This document shows positions 20,794-29,857 of a stretch of 64,000 nucleotides of DNA, piece after piece. Source of the DNA: Pseudomonadales bacterium (GTDB lineage Bacteria > Pseudomonadota > Gammaproteobacteria > Pseudomonadales > UBA3067); NCBI GenBank assembly GCA_040235475.1, contig JBECKY010000092.1:919-64918 (forward strand), given 5' to 3'. Each line of letters opens with the position of its first letter. Positions within the stretch are counted from its first letter, which is position 1. A program made the position numbers and the translations under genes. The notes below the pieces were generated by a model. That model was not told the DNA's origin and did no database searches. It saw nothing but the letters and a program-made list of their open reading frames with translations.

Positions 20794-20883
20794 CTTGATC
20801 CATAGTACTTAAGCAGTTAACCCCCAAAAAATTCTATGGTAATATATGTAATTCTTTTACATTTACATTTTAAAAATCTTTAG

Positions 20884-21210
20884 ATGAATCGTTTATTCAA
20901 TATCACCGACATTACAGAAGACAAGGCAAAGGGCTTTACCATTAATGAACACAGTCTTTTTGCGGTTAAAAAAGACGGGCAAATTTACCTTTATTTAAAC
21001 AAGTGCCCTCATCTTAATATTAATTTGGAGTTTCGGCCCGATGATTTTCTTGATTCTGAAAATAATTTTATCCAATGCGTTAACCACGGGGCATTATTTG
21101 AAATTGAAAGTGGCCGCTGCATAGCCGGCCCTTGTTCCGGACAAAGCCTGACTCCAGTTAAATTTAAAATTGAAAATGACCAGATTTTTGTAAGCGATTC
21201 ACTGGATTAA
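20884..21210 (+). CDS. Rieske (2Fe-2S) ferredoxin-like protein
   Basis: CPH...CVNHGALF...GPC ligand pattern. Confidence 0.92.
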   Translation: MNRLFNITDITEDKAKGFTINEHSLFAVKKDGQIYLYLNKCPHLNINLEFRPDDFLDSENNFIQCVNHGALFEIESGRCIAGPCSGQSLTPVKFKIENDQIFVSDSLD

Positions 21211-21235
21211 TAACCATAATCAACATCCCTAAACA

Positions 21236-21964
21236 CTAAGGGCATTCCACCGGAATCGCATCCATCAAAGTTATTTCTTCCGCCGAAATAGCCGCCCGAT
21301 AAGCATAAACTTCAACACCCGCCGCTATCGCCTGGCGTAATACTTTACCGTACTCAGGATCAATTGCATCTGCCGGCACCACTTTGGTGATACCAGTATG
21401 CTGAACACAAAAAATCAATACCGCACGGTGGTGTTTCTTTGCCGCTATCAATTCCCGCAAATGTTTTCTGCCTCTTTCGGTCACGGCATCAGGGAAAAGC
21501 CCCAAGCCCTGCCACGTTCCTTCCGATTCACCCAGAGTGACACTTTTCACCTCAACGTAACATTTGTCATCACCGCCTGCATCGGTTTTTTCCAACAAAA
21601 AGTCTATGCGACTTTTTTCCTCACCGTAGGGAACTTCAGCCTTGATGCTGTCGTAGTGCTGCAATGGTTTTATCGTGCCATTTTCAATGGCTTCTTTAAC
21701 CAGGGCATTAGCCCTGGCGGTATTGATACCCGCCAAAAAACCATGATTAACGGCCACAACTTCCCAGGTACAGGGGTATTTTCTTTTCGGGTTGTGACTG
21801 CGGGAAAACCAAACATCGCTTCCCGGCGTCTGGCAGTTTTTCATTGAACCTGTATTGGCACAGTGAAGAGTCATTTCACTGCCATCGGCTAATTGGATAT
21901 CGGCAAGAAAACGCTTATAGCGTTTAAGTAACTTACCTTGCTCTAACGGTGGATTAAATTTCAA
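21236..21964 (-). CDS. sfsA: DNA/RNA nuclease SfsA
   Basis: RYKRFLAD, HCANTGSM, SRIDFLL, EVKSVT, FPDAVTERGRKHL; start placed at TTG 21964. Confidence 0.94.
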   Translation of the reverse strand: MKFNPPLEQGKLLKRYKRFLADIQLADGSEMTLHCANTGSMKNCQTPGSDVWFSRSHNPKRKYPCTWEVVAVNHGFLAGINTARANALVKEAIENGTIKPLQHYDSIKAEVPYGEEKSRIDFLLEKTDAGGDDKCYVEVKSVTLGESEGTWQGLGLFPDAVTERGRKHLRELIAAKKHHRAVLIFCVQHTGITKVVPADAIDPEYGKVLRQAIAAGVEVYAYRAAISAEEITLMDAIPVECP

Positions 21965-22004
21965 AAAATACTCTTTAAAATAACAATAACTGCTAAAAAA
22001 TCTG

Positions 22005-23195
22005 TTACAAAGCAAACGGAGACGACTTTAATCCCTTTACAAATTGCTCAATTCGATTTACTGCTTTTTCAAGCTGCTTTGTTTTTGTGGTATAGGCAAA
22101 ACGCAAATGTTGATTCGGTTTGTATCTGCCAAAATCCGTTCCAGGGGTGACGGCAACACCATATTCAGCCAACAATTCATTGCAGAAAGCTTCACTGTCT
22201 TTGCCGAAGTTTTGTATATTGGCATATAAATAAAAAGCCCCTTCGGGGCTTTCGGGGATAATAAAGCCAAGCTCCCTGAGCCTGGGTAATAAAAAATCCC
22301 TGCGTTGCTGAAACACAGTTTTCCTTTGCTCTAGAATATCAATACATTCTGGAGTAAATGCCGCCAAGGCAGCATGCTGAGATAGGGTAGGCGGAGCAAT
22401 ATAAAAATTCTGCGCCATTTTATCCACCTGTTCCACCGCATGTTCTGGCACAACCATCCAACCCAGTCGCCATCCGGTCATGCCAAAATATTTTGAAAAA
22501 CTGTTTATCACGAAGGCATCATTACTGATTTCAAGCACGGAAACTTCTTCTGCGCCATAGCTTAAACCATGATAAATTTCATCCATGATGATATAAGCAT
22601 CCCGATCCTGAACAAATTCGACTATGGCATGCAAGGTTTTTCTATCCAGCAATCGTCCTGTAGGATTAGCAGGTGAAGCCAGCAAAACTCCACGGGTTTC
22701 AGGGGTCCAGCTTTGTTTTAATCGCTCAAGATTAATTTGAAAGCCGTCAACGGCATCGATATTGATGGCCTGGGCTTGACCACCCATCAGTTCGATAAAG
22801 TGACGGTTGCATGGGTAGCCAGGATCAGCCACCAGCACACCATCACCCGGGTTTATCAATAAGGCGGCTGTCAACATTAAGGCTCCTGATGCGCCCGAGG
22901 TAATTAGCACTCGATGACTGTCAATACGCAAGCCATATTTTTGCTGATAATACTGCGCTATGGCCTGGCGCAATTCGGGTAAACCCAATGCCGGAGTATA
23001 GTGGCCCAGGCCTTGCTTAAGTGCTTGCTGACCTGCTGTCAAAATAGGCTCAGGTGTAACAAAATCGGGTTCCCCCACCTCAAGGTGCACAACATCCACC
23101 CCCTGGGACTGAAGTTGCTGCGCCCGGCCCAGCAGCTCCATCACCTTAAAAGGCTTTATCTGCTGAACTCTATTTGCCCATTTAATGTTTTTCAG
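22005..23195 (-). CDS. class I PLP-dependent aminotransferase; probable CTG start
   Basis: HLEVGEPDF, SPANPTG, DEIYHG, NSFSKYFGMTGWRLGW; frame stays open upstream of GTG 23144 to CTG 23195, which follows AAGGA. Confidence 0.9.
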   Translation of the reverse strand: MKNIKWANRVQQIKPFKVMELLGRAQQLQSQGVDVVHLEVGEPDFVTPEPILTAGQQALKQGLGHYTPALGLPELRQAIAQYYQQKYGLRIDSHRVLITSGASGALMLTAALLINPGDGVLVADPGYPCNRHFIELMGGQAQAINIDAVDGFQINLERLKQSWTPETRGVLLASPANPTGRLLDRKTLHAIVEFVQDRDAYIIMDEIYHGLSYGAEEVSVLEISNDAFVINSFSKYFGMTGWRLGWMVVPEHAVEQVDKMAQNFYIAPPTLSQHAALAAFTPECIDILEQRKTVFQQRRDFLLPRLRELGFIIPESPEGAFYLYANIQNFGKDSEAFCNELLAEYGVAVTPGTDFGRYKPNQHLRFAYTTKTKQLEKAVNRIEQFVKGLKSSPFAL

Positions 23196-23508
23196 CGTAA
23201 AAATCCTTATAAATCAATAGCCAATTGTATTTCAGCCTGACAGGGCTTGAATTTTACTCGATTGACACAATTAATGTTTACTCTTTTTGTACAGAGATAT
23301 TATTGACCTGTCATATTGAGCGTGTAAAATCTTGCAAAATTTACCCAAGGCCCTTGGTTTTACACGGGCTTGCAATTGGTATTTGCTATTCTAGCGAATC
23401 TCTGTATTAATCGGCGGATTCGCCGAGAAACCGGGTCTCTTAATTCTCTGGCTTTTATTAACGCAATACAAATGATACAGCACACAGGAAGTAACAGAAG
23501 GTTTAATT

Positions 23509-23985
23509 ATGGCCACTAAAGCTACCGAAACTTCAGGGAAAACAGCCGGCGCTGTTTCACCAGCCAGTGTAACCTCGGCGCCAACCATCAGCCCTTATAA
23601 AATCAAAAAGGGTGAAGAGTATATGAACGGGGCTCAAAAAGACCATTTCAGGGAAATTCTTAATAATTGGAAACTAAGTTTAATGCAGGAAGTGGATCGC
23701 ACTGTTCATCATATGCAGGATGAAGCAGGCAACCTACCGGATCCTAATGACCGCGCCACCCAGGAAGAAGAGTTTAACCTTGAGTTAAGAACCCGTGATC
23801 GCGAGCGTAAACTGATCAAGAAGATTGATAAAACCCTTGAAAATCTTGAACATGACGAGTATGGCTATTGCCAAAGCTGCGGAATAGAAATTGGGGTTCG
23901 CCGCCTGGAGGCCAGGCCTACGGCAGATTTATGCATTGACTGTAAAACCCTGGACGAAATCAAAGAAAAGCAAATCACTGGCTAA
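23509..23985 (+). CDS. dksA: RNA polymerase-binding transcription factor DksA
   Basis: [12 protein letters not shown] coiled-coil tip and C4 zinc finger CQSC...CIDC. Confidence 0.97.
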   Translation: MATKATETSGKTAGAVSPASVTSAPTISPYKIKKGEEYMNGAQKDHFREILNNWKLSLMQEVDRTVHHMQDEAGNLPDPNDRATQEEEFNLELRTRDRERKLIKKIDKTLENLEHDEYGYCQSCGIEIGVRRLEARPTADLCIDCKTLDEIKEKQITG

Positions 23986-24019
23986 ACGCCTCATACTATC
24001 TCTAGATTAAGCAGAGAGG

Positions 24020-24952
24020 ATGCCGCAAAACCCTGGGCCACACCGCACCGATAACACCTACAGAGGGCGCTTTGCTCCCTCTCCCACAGGGCCACTGCAT
24101 TTTGGCTCGCTGCTTGCTGCACTGGCAAGTTTTCTGGATGCCAGACACAACAAAGGCCAATGGTATGTGCGCATTGAAGACCTGGATCCACCCCGGGAAC
24201 AAGCCGGTGCTGCTGACACTATACTTAGAACACTGGAAGCTTTTGAACTTTACTGGGACGGCAGCATTGTATGGCAAAGCCAACGCCATCAGCTCTACGA
24301 AGATATTTGCCAACAATTATTAAGTGAGAATAAAGCCTATTACTGCACCTGCTCAAGAAGTCAGTTGGCGCAGCTCGGCGGCGTGTATCCTGGCACTTGC
24401 CGGGATTCTTTAGGCAGCACCTCTGCCAACCCTCCCGGCACGCCGCACGCTATTCGCTTGCGAACAACAACAAACCCAGTTTTGATCAAGGATCGCATTC
24501 AGGCAAGCTTTAGGCAAAATGTTGCACGTGCTGTTGGCGACTTTGTGATTAAAAGAAAAGATGGTTTATACGCCTATCAGCTAGCGGTTGTGGTTGATGA
24601 TCAGGCGCAGCAGATTAGCCATGTTGTCAGGGGGACAGACTTGTTCGACAACACCCCCAGACAGATGTTATTGCAACAATCACTGGGTTTCGAGCCACCT
24701 GAATACGCTCACCTTCCTGTTGTCGTTAATTCGCAAGGCCAAAAACTCAGCAAGCAAACCTTTGCCCCAGCATTAGCAACGAATAATCCGACACCCATAC
24801 TTTTACAGGCCTTAACAGTATTAGGCTACCGGCTATCTGACGATATACTTGAGGCAAGGACTGAAGACGTTCTCGCCTGGGCCATCGAGCACTGGTCGAT
24901 CAACAATGTTCCGAAGCAATCAGCCGTGCAAAACCCTGAACACAAGGATTAA
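24020..24952 (+). CDS. gluQ: glutamyl-Q tRNA(Asp) synthetase
   Basis: YRGRFAPSPTGPLHFGS, CTCSR, KLSKQ; no anticodon-binding domain; follows dksA. Confidence 0.94.
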   Translation: MPQNPGPHRTDNTYRGRFAPSPTGPLHFGSLLAALASFLDARHNKGQWYVRIEDLDPPREQAGAADTILRTLEAFELYWDGSIVWQSQRHQLYEDICQQLLSENKAYYCTCSRSQLAQLGGVYPGTCRDSLGSTSANPPGTPHAIRLRTTTNPVLIKDRIQASFRQNVARAVGDFVIKRKDGLYAYQLAVVVDDQAQQISHVVRGTDLFDNTPRQMLLQQSLGFEPPEYAHLPVVVNSQGQKLSKQTFAPALATNNPTPILLQALTVLGYRLSDDILEARTEDVLAWAIEHWSINNVPKQSAVQNPEHKD

Positions 24953-25022
24953 AAGCCCTTAGCCATAGACAGCCATCATTACCTCGCATAAGATAAGTTT
25001 TAGAAAAGCGTAGCCATACACT

Positions 25023-25199
25023 ATGTACATTGACCGCCTACTCATCCTGTTTATTATCGGCGCCTATTTGCTTTCGCCGGCCATTGTTCACTGGTGGACC
25101 CAGGGAGAATCACTCTGGTACCGGCCTTATCTTATCTGGCTGCTGTTGATTGTATTAAACTTCTGGATCGTACGCAGCCGAGACCTTGATGAGCATTAG
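25023..25199 (+). CDS. cbrX: 58-aa membrane peptide CbrX
   Basis: Manual translation MYIDRLLILFIIGAYLLSPAIVHWWTQGESLWYRPYLIWLLLIVLNFWIVRSRDLDEH; stop overlaps cbrA start; SPAI..WW..WYRPYL signature. Missed by ORF track. Confidence 0.88.
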   Translation: MYIDRLLILFIIGAYLLSPAIVHWWTQGESLWYRPYLIWLLLIVLNFWIVRSRDLDEH

Positions 25200-28143
25200 T
25201 CTTGCACAACTGCTATTGCTGGGCCTTGGCTTTTTATCACTGCTTTTTCTGGCCGCCTACATTTCCGAACGTGGTTTATTGCCCTCAAAGCTCACCCACC
25301 ACCCGGCCATATACACCCTCTCGCTGGGGGTCTATGCCAGCGCCTGGGCTGTTTACGGCAGTGTTGGCTTTGCTCATCAATACGGATTTAATTTTCTCTC
25401 TTACTATTTAGGCATTACCGGCACTTTCCTGCTGGCACCCTTTTTATTGATGCCCTTACTCAGGCTTTCACAAACCTACCACCTGACATCTCTGGCCGAC
25501 CTGCTTGCATACAGATACCGCAGCCAACTATTGGCCGCAATTGCAACCTTGCTGATGCTGGCCGCAGTATTACCCTTGCTGGCCCTGGAAATAGAAGCCA
25601 TTACCGGCGCCATTTCAGTGTTAAATCCACAAGCCGATAAAAACACCTTCGCACTGGTTTTTTGCGCACTGATGATTCTCTTCACCGTATTGTTTGGCAC
25701 CCGCCATACCACCGAACGCTACCGCAAGCGCGAGGGCCTGGTAATCGCCATTGCCTTATCATCGATTATTAAATTAGTCGCCATGTTGGCCGTTGGCCTG
25801 TTTGCTTTATACGGCGTTTTTGACGGGCCCGCTAATCTGGATACCTGGCTAAAAGCCACCCCCGACGCCTTGAACCTGATGTATGCGCCTTTAAAGCAAG
25901 GCCCCTGGAGAAGTTTGATTCTGGCGTTTTTTGCTGCTGCGATAGTCATGCCGCACATGTATCACATGACTTTTGCGGAAAACACCAGCCCCAAGCATTT
26001 GTTGACTGCCAGCTGGGGCGTACCACTGTTTCTGCTGGCCATTGCCATTGCGGTTCCCCCCATTCTCTGGGCCGGCCTAAAACTCAACCTTGACCTTGAC
26101 CTTGACCCTGAATATTTCATCGTGGGTATTGGCATGGCTTCAGGCTCAAAATCCATGGCCATTCTGGCTTATATTGGCGGGCTTTCAGCAGCCAGCGGGC
26201 TTATTATTGTAACCACGCTGGCACTGTCATCGATGATTTTAAACCACATCGTCCTGACCCTGTATCAACCTACACCTAACCGGTTAGGCTACCATTGGGT
26301 TTTTAGAATTCGCCGAGTGCTTATTAGCCTGATTATTCTGGCTGGCTACCTTTTTTACCGCCTGCTTGACCATCAACAATCTTTAACCGAATTAGGTCTT
26401 CTGTCTTTCATTGGCTCTTTGCATTTTGCTCCAGGGGTTATCGGTGTACTGCTTTGGGACAAAGCCAATCGAAAAGGTGTTATGGCGGGCTTGATCGCAG
26501 GATTCGGCGTTTGGGCATTGACCTTGTTTATTCCTGTTTTATCAAACCAATCACCCCTGACACTGCCATTTATTGCCTCCGACTTAAGTTCAGAGGATGA
26601 TCTATGGTATCTGAATGCAGCTCTGGCGCTGGTGGTCAATTTTGCGCTATTCATTGCTTTCTCCTTATTCACCAAATCCAGCTATGAAGAACAAAGGGCC
26701 GCCGAAGTATGCATCGTGGAAAATTTACACCGCCTTGATCGCTGGGAGCTGTCTTTAAATTCAGCGACTGAATTTGCCCCGCGCCTTGCTGAAACCCTGG
26801 GTAAACATATTGCCGATCGCGAGCTTGATAAGGCCCTGGGAGAGCTCGCCATCAAGCGCAATGAAACCCGCCCCTACCTGTTACGGCGCCTCCGAGACCA
26901 GATCGAAGCCAACCTGTCGGGCATGTTCGGGCCATCTGTTGCGCAAGAAATAGTAGGCACTCACTTACCTTACAGAGAAAAAAACAAAAAAGACTCCAAC
27001 AGCGATATTCATGCCATCGAAAGCAGGCTTGAAGAATATCAGCACAAGCTTTCAGGTCTCGCCGCTGAGCTGGATAGCATGCGCCGTTTTCATCGACAAA
27101 CCTTACAAGACTTGCCCATGGGCGTTTGCTCAGTGAATACCAGCAATGAAATTATTGGCTGGAACAAAGCCATGTCTGTATTAACGCAAATCAGTAGCCA
27201 GGAAGCCATAGGCGCAAAATTAAGCAGCCTGCCCGCACCCTGGGGCAACTTTTTAATGGCCTTTGTCAGTGAAAGATCCACCCACTTGCATCAAGCCAAC
27301 CTTGAAATCAAAGGCCAGTCACGGTGCCTGTCATTACATAAGGCCTCCGTTGGCCAAGACAGTAAAACAAATTTCGACAACCTTGTTATTGTTATTGAAG
27401 ATCTGACTGAAATCCAGCTACTGGAATCAGAGCTCACCCACAGCGAACGCCTTGCTTCCATCGGCAGACTGGCTGCCGGCGTGGCCCATGAAATTGGCAA
27501 CCCCATTACAGGTATTGCCTGCCTGGCTCAAAATCTGCGCTCCGAAGCCCTTGACGCGGACACACTGGAAACTTCTGAGCAAATCCTTGACCAAACCGAG
27601 CGAGTCACCCGTATTGTTCAGTCCCTGGTCAACTTCAGCCACGCAGGCCAGAATCGGGGGGGCAAGCCAGAACCGGTTAATCTCCACCAGTGCCTATCGG
27701 AAGCTATCAAGCTGATACAGCTAAGCCCCTCAGGCAAGGACTATGTTTATGAGAACCTGCTGCCTGACGACCTAAAAGTCATGGGCGATGCCCAAAAACT
27801 TATCCAGGTATTTGTTAACCTGCTCAGCAATGCCCGCGATGCGTCGCAACCTGGCGATAAAATCAGTATCCACAGCGAACATAGTGACTTATCGGTCAGC
27901 ATCCATATTATCGATGAAGGCAGCGGCATCTCCAGCGACTTAATCGACCGAATTTTTGAGCCGTTCGTAACCAGCAAAGAACCCGGTAGCGGCACGGGCC
28001 TTGGCCTGGCTTTGAGTTACAGTATTATTGAAGACCACTACGGCCACATTTCTGTCACCAGCCCCCTTGATTCAGAAACGGGCAAAGGCACCCAGTTCAC
28101 CATTACATTACCTTACAGTCCCACTGATGAGACTAAACCCTAA
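25189..28143 (+). CDS. cbrA: CbrA-type sensor kinase (SLC5-like transporter domain, PAS, histidine kinase)
   Basis: Multi-TM N-terminus (YTLSLGVYASAWAVYGSVG), H-box AAGVAHEIGNP, N/G boxes NLLSNARDA, DEGSG, GTGLGL; synteny with gluQ, cbrB, pcnB. Confidence 0.9.
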   Translation: MSISLAQLLLLGLGFLSLLFLAAYISERGLLPSKLTHHPAIYTLSLGVYASAWAVYGSVGFAHQYGFNFLSYYLGITGTFLLAPFLLMPLLRLSQTYHLTSLADLLAYRYRSQLLAAIATLLMLAAVLPLLALEIEAITGAISVLNPQADKNTFALVFCALMILFTVLFGTRHTTERYRKREGLVIAIALSSIIKLVAMLAVGLFALYGVFDGPANLDTWLKATPDALNLMYAPLKQGPWRSLILAFFAAAIVMPHMYHMTFAENTSPKHLLTASWGVPLFLLAIAIAVPPILWAGLKLNLDLDLDPEYFIVGIGMASGSKSMAILAYIGGLSAASGLIIVTTLALSSMILNHIVLTLYQPTPNRLGYHWVFRIRRVLISLIILAGYLFYRLLDHQQSLTELGLLSFIGSLHFAPGVIGVLLWDKANRKGVMAGLIAGFGVWALTLFIPVLSNQSPLTLPFIASDLSSEDDLWYLNAALALVVNFALFIAFSLFTKSSYEEQRAAEVCIVENLHRLDRWELSLNSATEFAPRLAETLGKHIADRELDKALGELAIKRNETRPYLLRRLRDQIEANLSGMFGPSVAQEIVGTHLPYREKNKKDSNSDIHAIESRLEEYQHKLSGLAAELDSMRRFHRQTLQDLPMGVCSVNTSNEIIGWNKAMSVLTQISSQEAIGAKLSSLPAPWGNFLMAFVSERSTHLHQANLEIKGQSRCLSLHKASVGQDSKTNFDNLVIVIEDLTEIQLLESELTHSERLASIGRLAAGVAHEIGNPITGIACLAQNLRSEALDADTLETSEQILDQTERVTRIVQSLVNFSHAGQNRGGKPEPVNLHQCLSEAIKLIQLSPSGKDYVYENLLPDDLKVMGDAQKLIQVFVNLLSNARDASQPGDKISIHSEHSDLSVSIHIIDEGSGISSDLIDRIFEPFVTSKEPGSGTGLGLALSYSIIEDHYGHISVTSPLDSETGKGTQFTITLPYSPTDETKP

Positions 28144-28190
28144 GCCAGGGAAGACAGGACTAAAGTCGATTAGATCGGTATAATGAACTT

Positions 28191-29603
28191 ATGAACGAAA
28201 TTCTGATTGTAGAAGATGAAAAAGTCATCCGCACGGCACTGAAACGACTGCTGGAGCGTAATGGCTACCAAGCGCACATCGCCGCTTCCGTAAAGGAAGC
28301 CCAAAACCTCTATTCGCTTGATGATTTTGATTTAATTATCAGTGATTTAAGACTTCCTGGCGAAGCAGGAACGAAACTGATCGAGCTGGCTGAAGGCGTA
28401 CCCGTACTCATTATGACCAGTTACTCCAGCCTAAAATCTGCAGTTGATGCCATGCGCTTGGGGGCAGCGGACTATATCGCCAAACCATTTGATCATGATG
28501 AGATGCTGTCCGCCATCAGCCAGATTTTAACCGCCAGCCCAACAACACCCGACACCAATCCCCCTGCCAAAGAAGTCCTCGAAGTGATCGATGCCGGTGA
28601 AATGGGAAAAATGATTGGCAGCTCCCCCCCCATGCAGAACCTGTTTGCAAAATTGAAAAAAGTCTCCCCTACCGACACCACCATATTGATACTTGGCGAG
28701 TCAGGCACGGGGAAAGAACTGGTAGCACGAGCCCTGCATGAAAACAGTATGCGCGGTAAAGGCCCCATGATTTCAGTAAATTGTGCTGCTATTCCAGAAA
28801 CACTGATCGAATCTGAACTATTCGGCCATGAAAAAGGCGCTTTCACCGGCGCCAATGCTCGCAGAGAAGGTCTGGTGGAGGCGGCAAACGGCGGCACGTT
28901 ATTTTTGGATGAGATTGGTGAACTACCCATCGAAGCCCAGGCAAGGCTGCTACGCCTGCTGCAGGAAAAAGAAATTCGTCGGGTCGGCTCCGTCGAAGCA
29001 AAAAAAGTAGATGTTCGGCTCGTCGCCGCAACCCACCGCAACCTTAGACAATGGGTTCAGCAAGGCAAATTTCGTGAGGATTTATATTACCGCTTGAACG
29101 TTGTGTCTCTCGAACTGCCACCCTTAAGAGCCAGAGGTGATGATATCCTGGAAATCGCCAACAGCATGCTTGAGCGCTACTGTAACAACATGAATCACAA
29201 ATCCAAGCATTTCTCTGAAGGCGCCAAAGCTGCACTTACAAGCTACTCTTGGCCTGGCAATGTTAGGGAACTTGAAAATGCCGTGGAAAGGGCCGTTATA
29301 CTCTGCGAGGACGACATTATCACTGAAGAGCTGCTGTCACTGGAAAATGACATCATCACTGACGATGAATACTTAAATGAAGCCCCGACTCACCGAGCTC
29401 AACCCCTGCCACCTTCAGAGCCCCTGGAAGATTTATCCCTGGAAGATTACTTCCAGCGCTTTGTGCTTGAAAACCAAGACAATATGACAGAAACAGAACT
29501 CGCGCAAAAACTCGGTGTTAGCAGAAAATGCTTGTGGGAACGACGCCAGCGCCTGGGTATTCCAAGAAAAAAACCCCTCTCTCAGGCAAGTGCTGATGAC
29601 TGA
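28191..29603 (+). CDS. cbrB: sigma54-dependent response regulator CbrB
   Basis: REC domain, GESGTGKE, GAFTGA, C-terminal LSLEDYFQRFVLE...SRKCLWERRQRLGIPR typical of CbrB. Confidence 0.92.
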   Translation: MNEILIVEDEKVIRTALKRLLERNGYQAHIAASVKEAQNLYSLDDFDLIISDLRLPGEAGTKLIELAEGVPVLIMTSYSSLKSAVDAMRLGAADYIAKPFDHDEMLSAISQILTASPTTPDTNPPAKEVLEVIDAGEMGKMIGSSPPMQNLFAKLKKVSPTDTTILILGESGTGKELVARALHENSMRGKGPMISVNCAAIPETLIESELFGHEKGAFTGANARREGLVEAANGGTLFLDEIGELPIEAQARLLRLLQEKEIRRVGSVEAKKVDVRLVAATHRNLRQWVQQGKFREDLYYRLNVVSLELPPLRARGDDILEIANSMLERYCNNMNHKSKHFSEGAKAALTSYSWPGNVRELENAVERAVILCEDDIITEELLSLENDIITDDEYLNEAPTHRAQPLPPSEPLEDLSLEDYFQRFVLENQDNMTETELAQKLGVSRKCLWERRQRLGIPRKKPLSQASADD

Positions 29604-29687
29604 GGGAAGCTATAATTAATTTAGTGCCCCCAACACCTCACAGCTGAACGCAAAACAACCAGATTTTCCAACCTTAATCTGTGACTG

Positions 29688-29749
29688 CGTTACCGTTTTA
29701 CACATCAGTAACACTAGGGCGTCACAAAACGGTAACAAACCAGGTAACA
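29688..29749 (+). promoter_or_regulatory. CbrB-type upstream activator sites
   Basis: CGTTAC(29688)-N14-GTAACA(29708), plus GTAACA at 29732 and 29744; matches TGTTAC/GTAACA CbrB subsites. Confidence 0.75.
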
Positions 29750-29789
29750 CTTGTCTCACACAAACTCTTCAGTCGCCAAGAAAACTCTC

Positions 29790-29802
29790 TAACCAATTGT
29801 TA
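29790..29802 (-). promoter_or_regulatory. candidate IHF site
   Basis: TAACAA-TTGG-TTA versus WATCAANNNNTTR (one mismatch), lying between the activator sites and the sigma54 promoter. Confidence 0.5.
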
Positions 29803-29830
29803 TATATGATATTTATAACTTTCTAAAAAG

Positions 29831-29847
29831 TTGGCATGATGCCTGCT
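29831..29847 (+). promoter_or_regulatory. sigma54 (-24/-12) promoter
   Basis: TTGGCATGATGCCTGCT: GG(29833-34)-N10-GC(29845-46); predicts +1 near 29858. Confidence 0.85.
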
Positions 29848-29857
29848 ACGTTATAGA

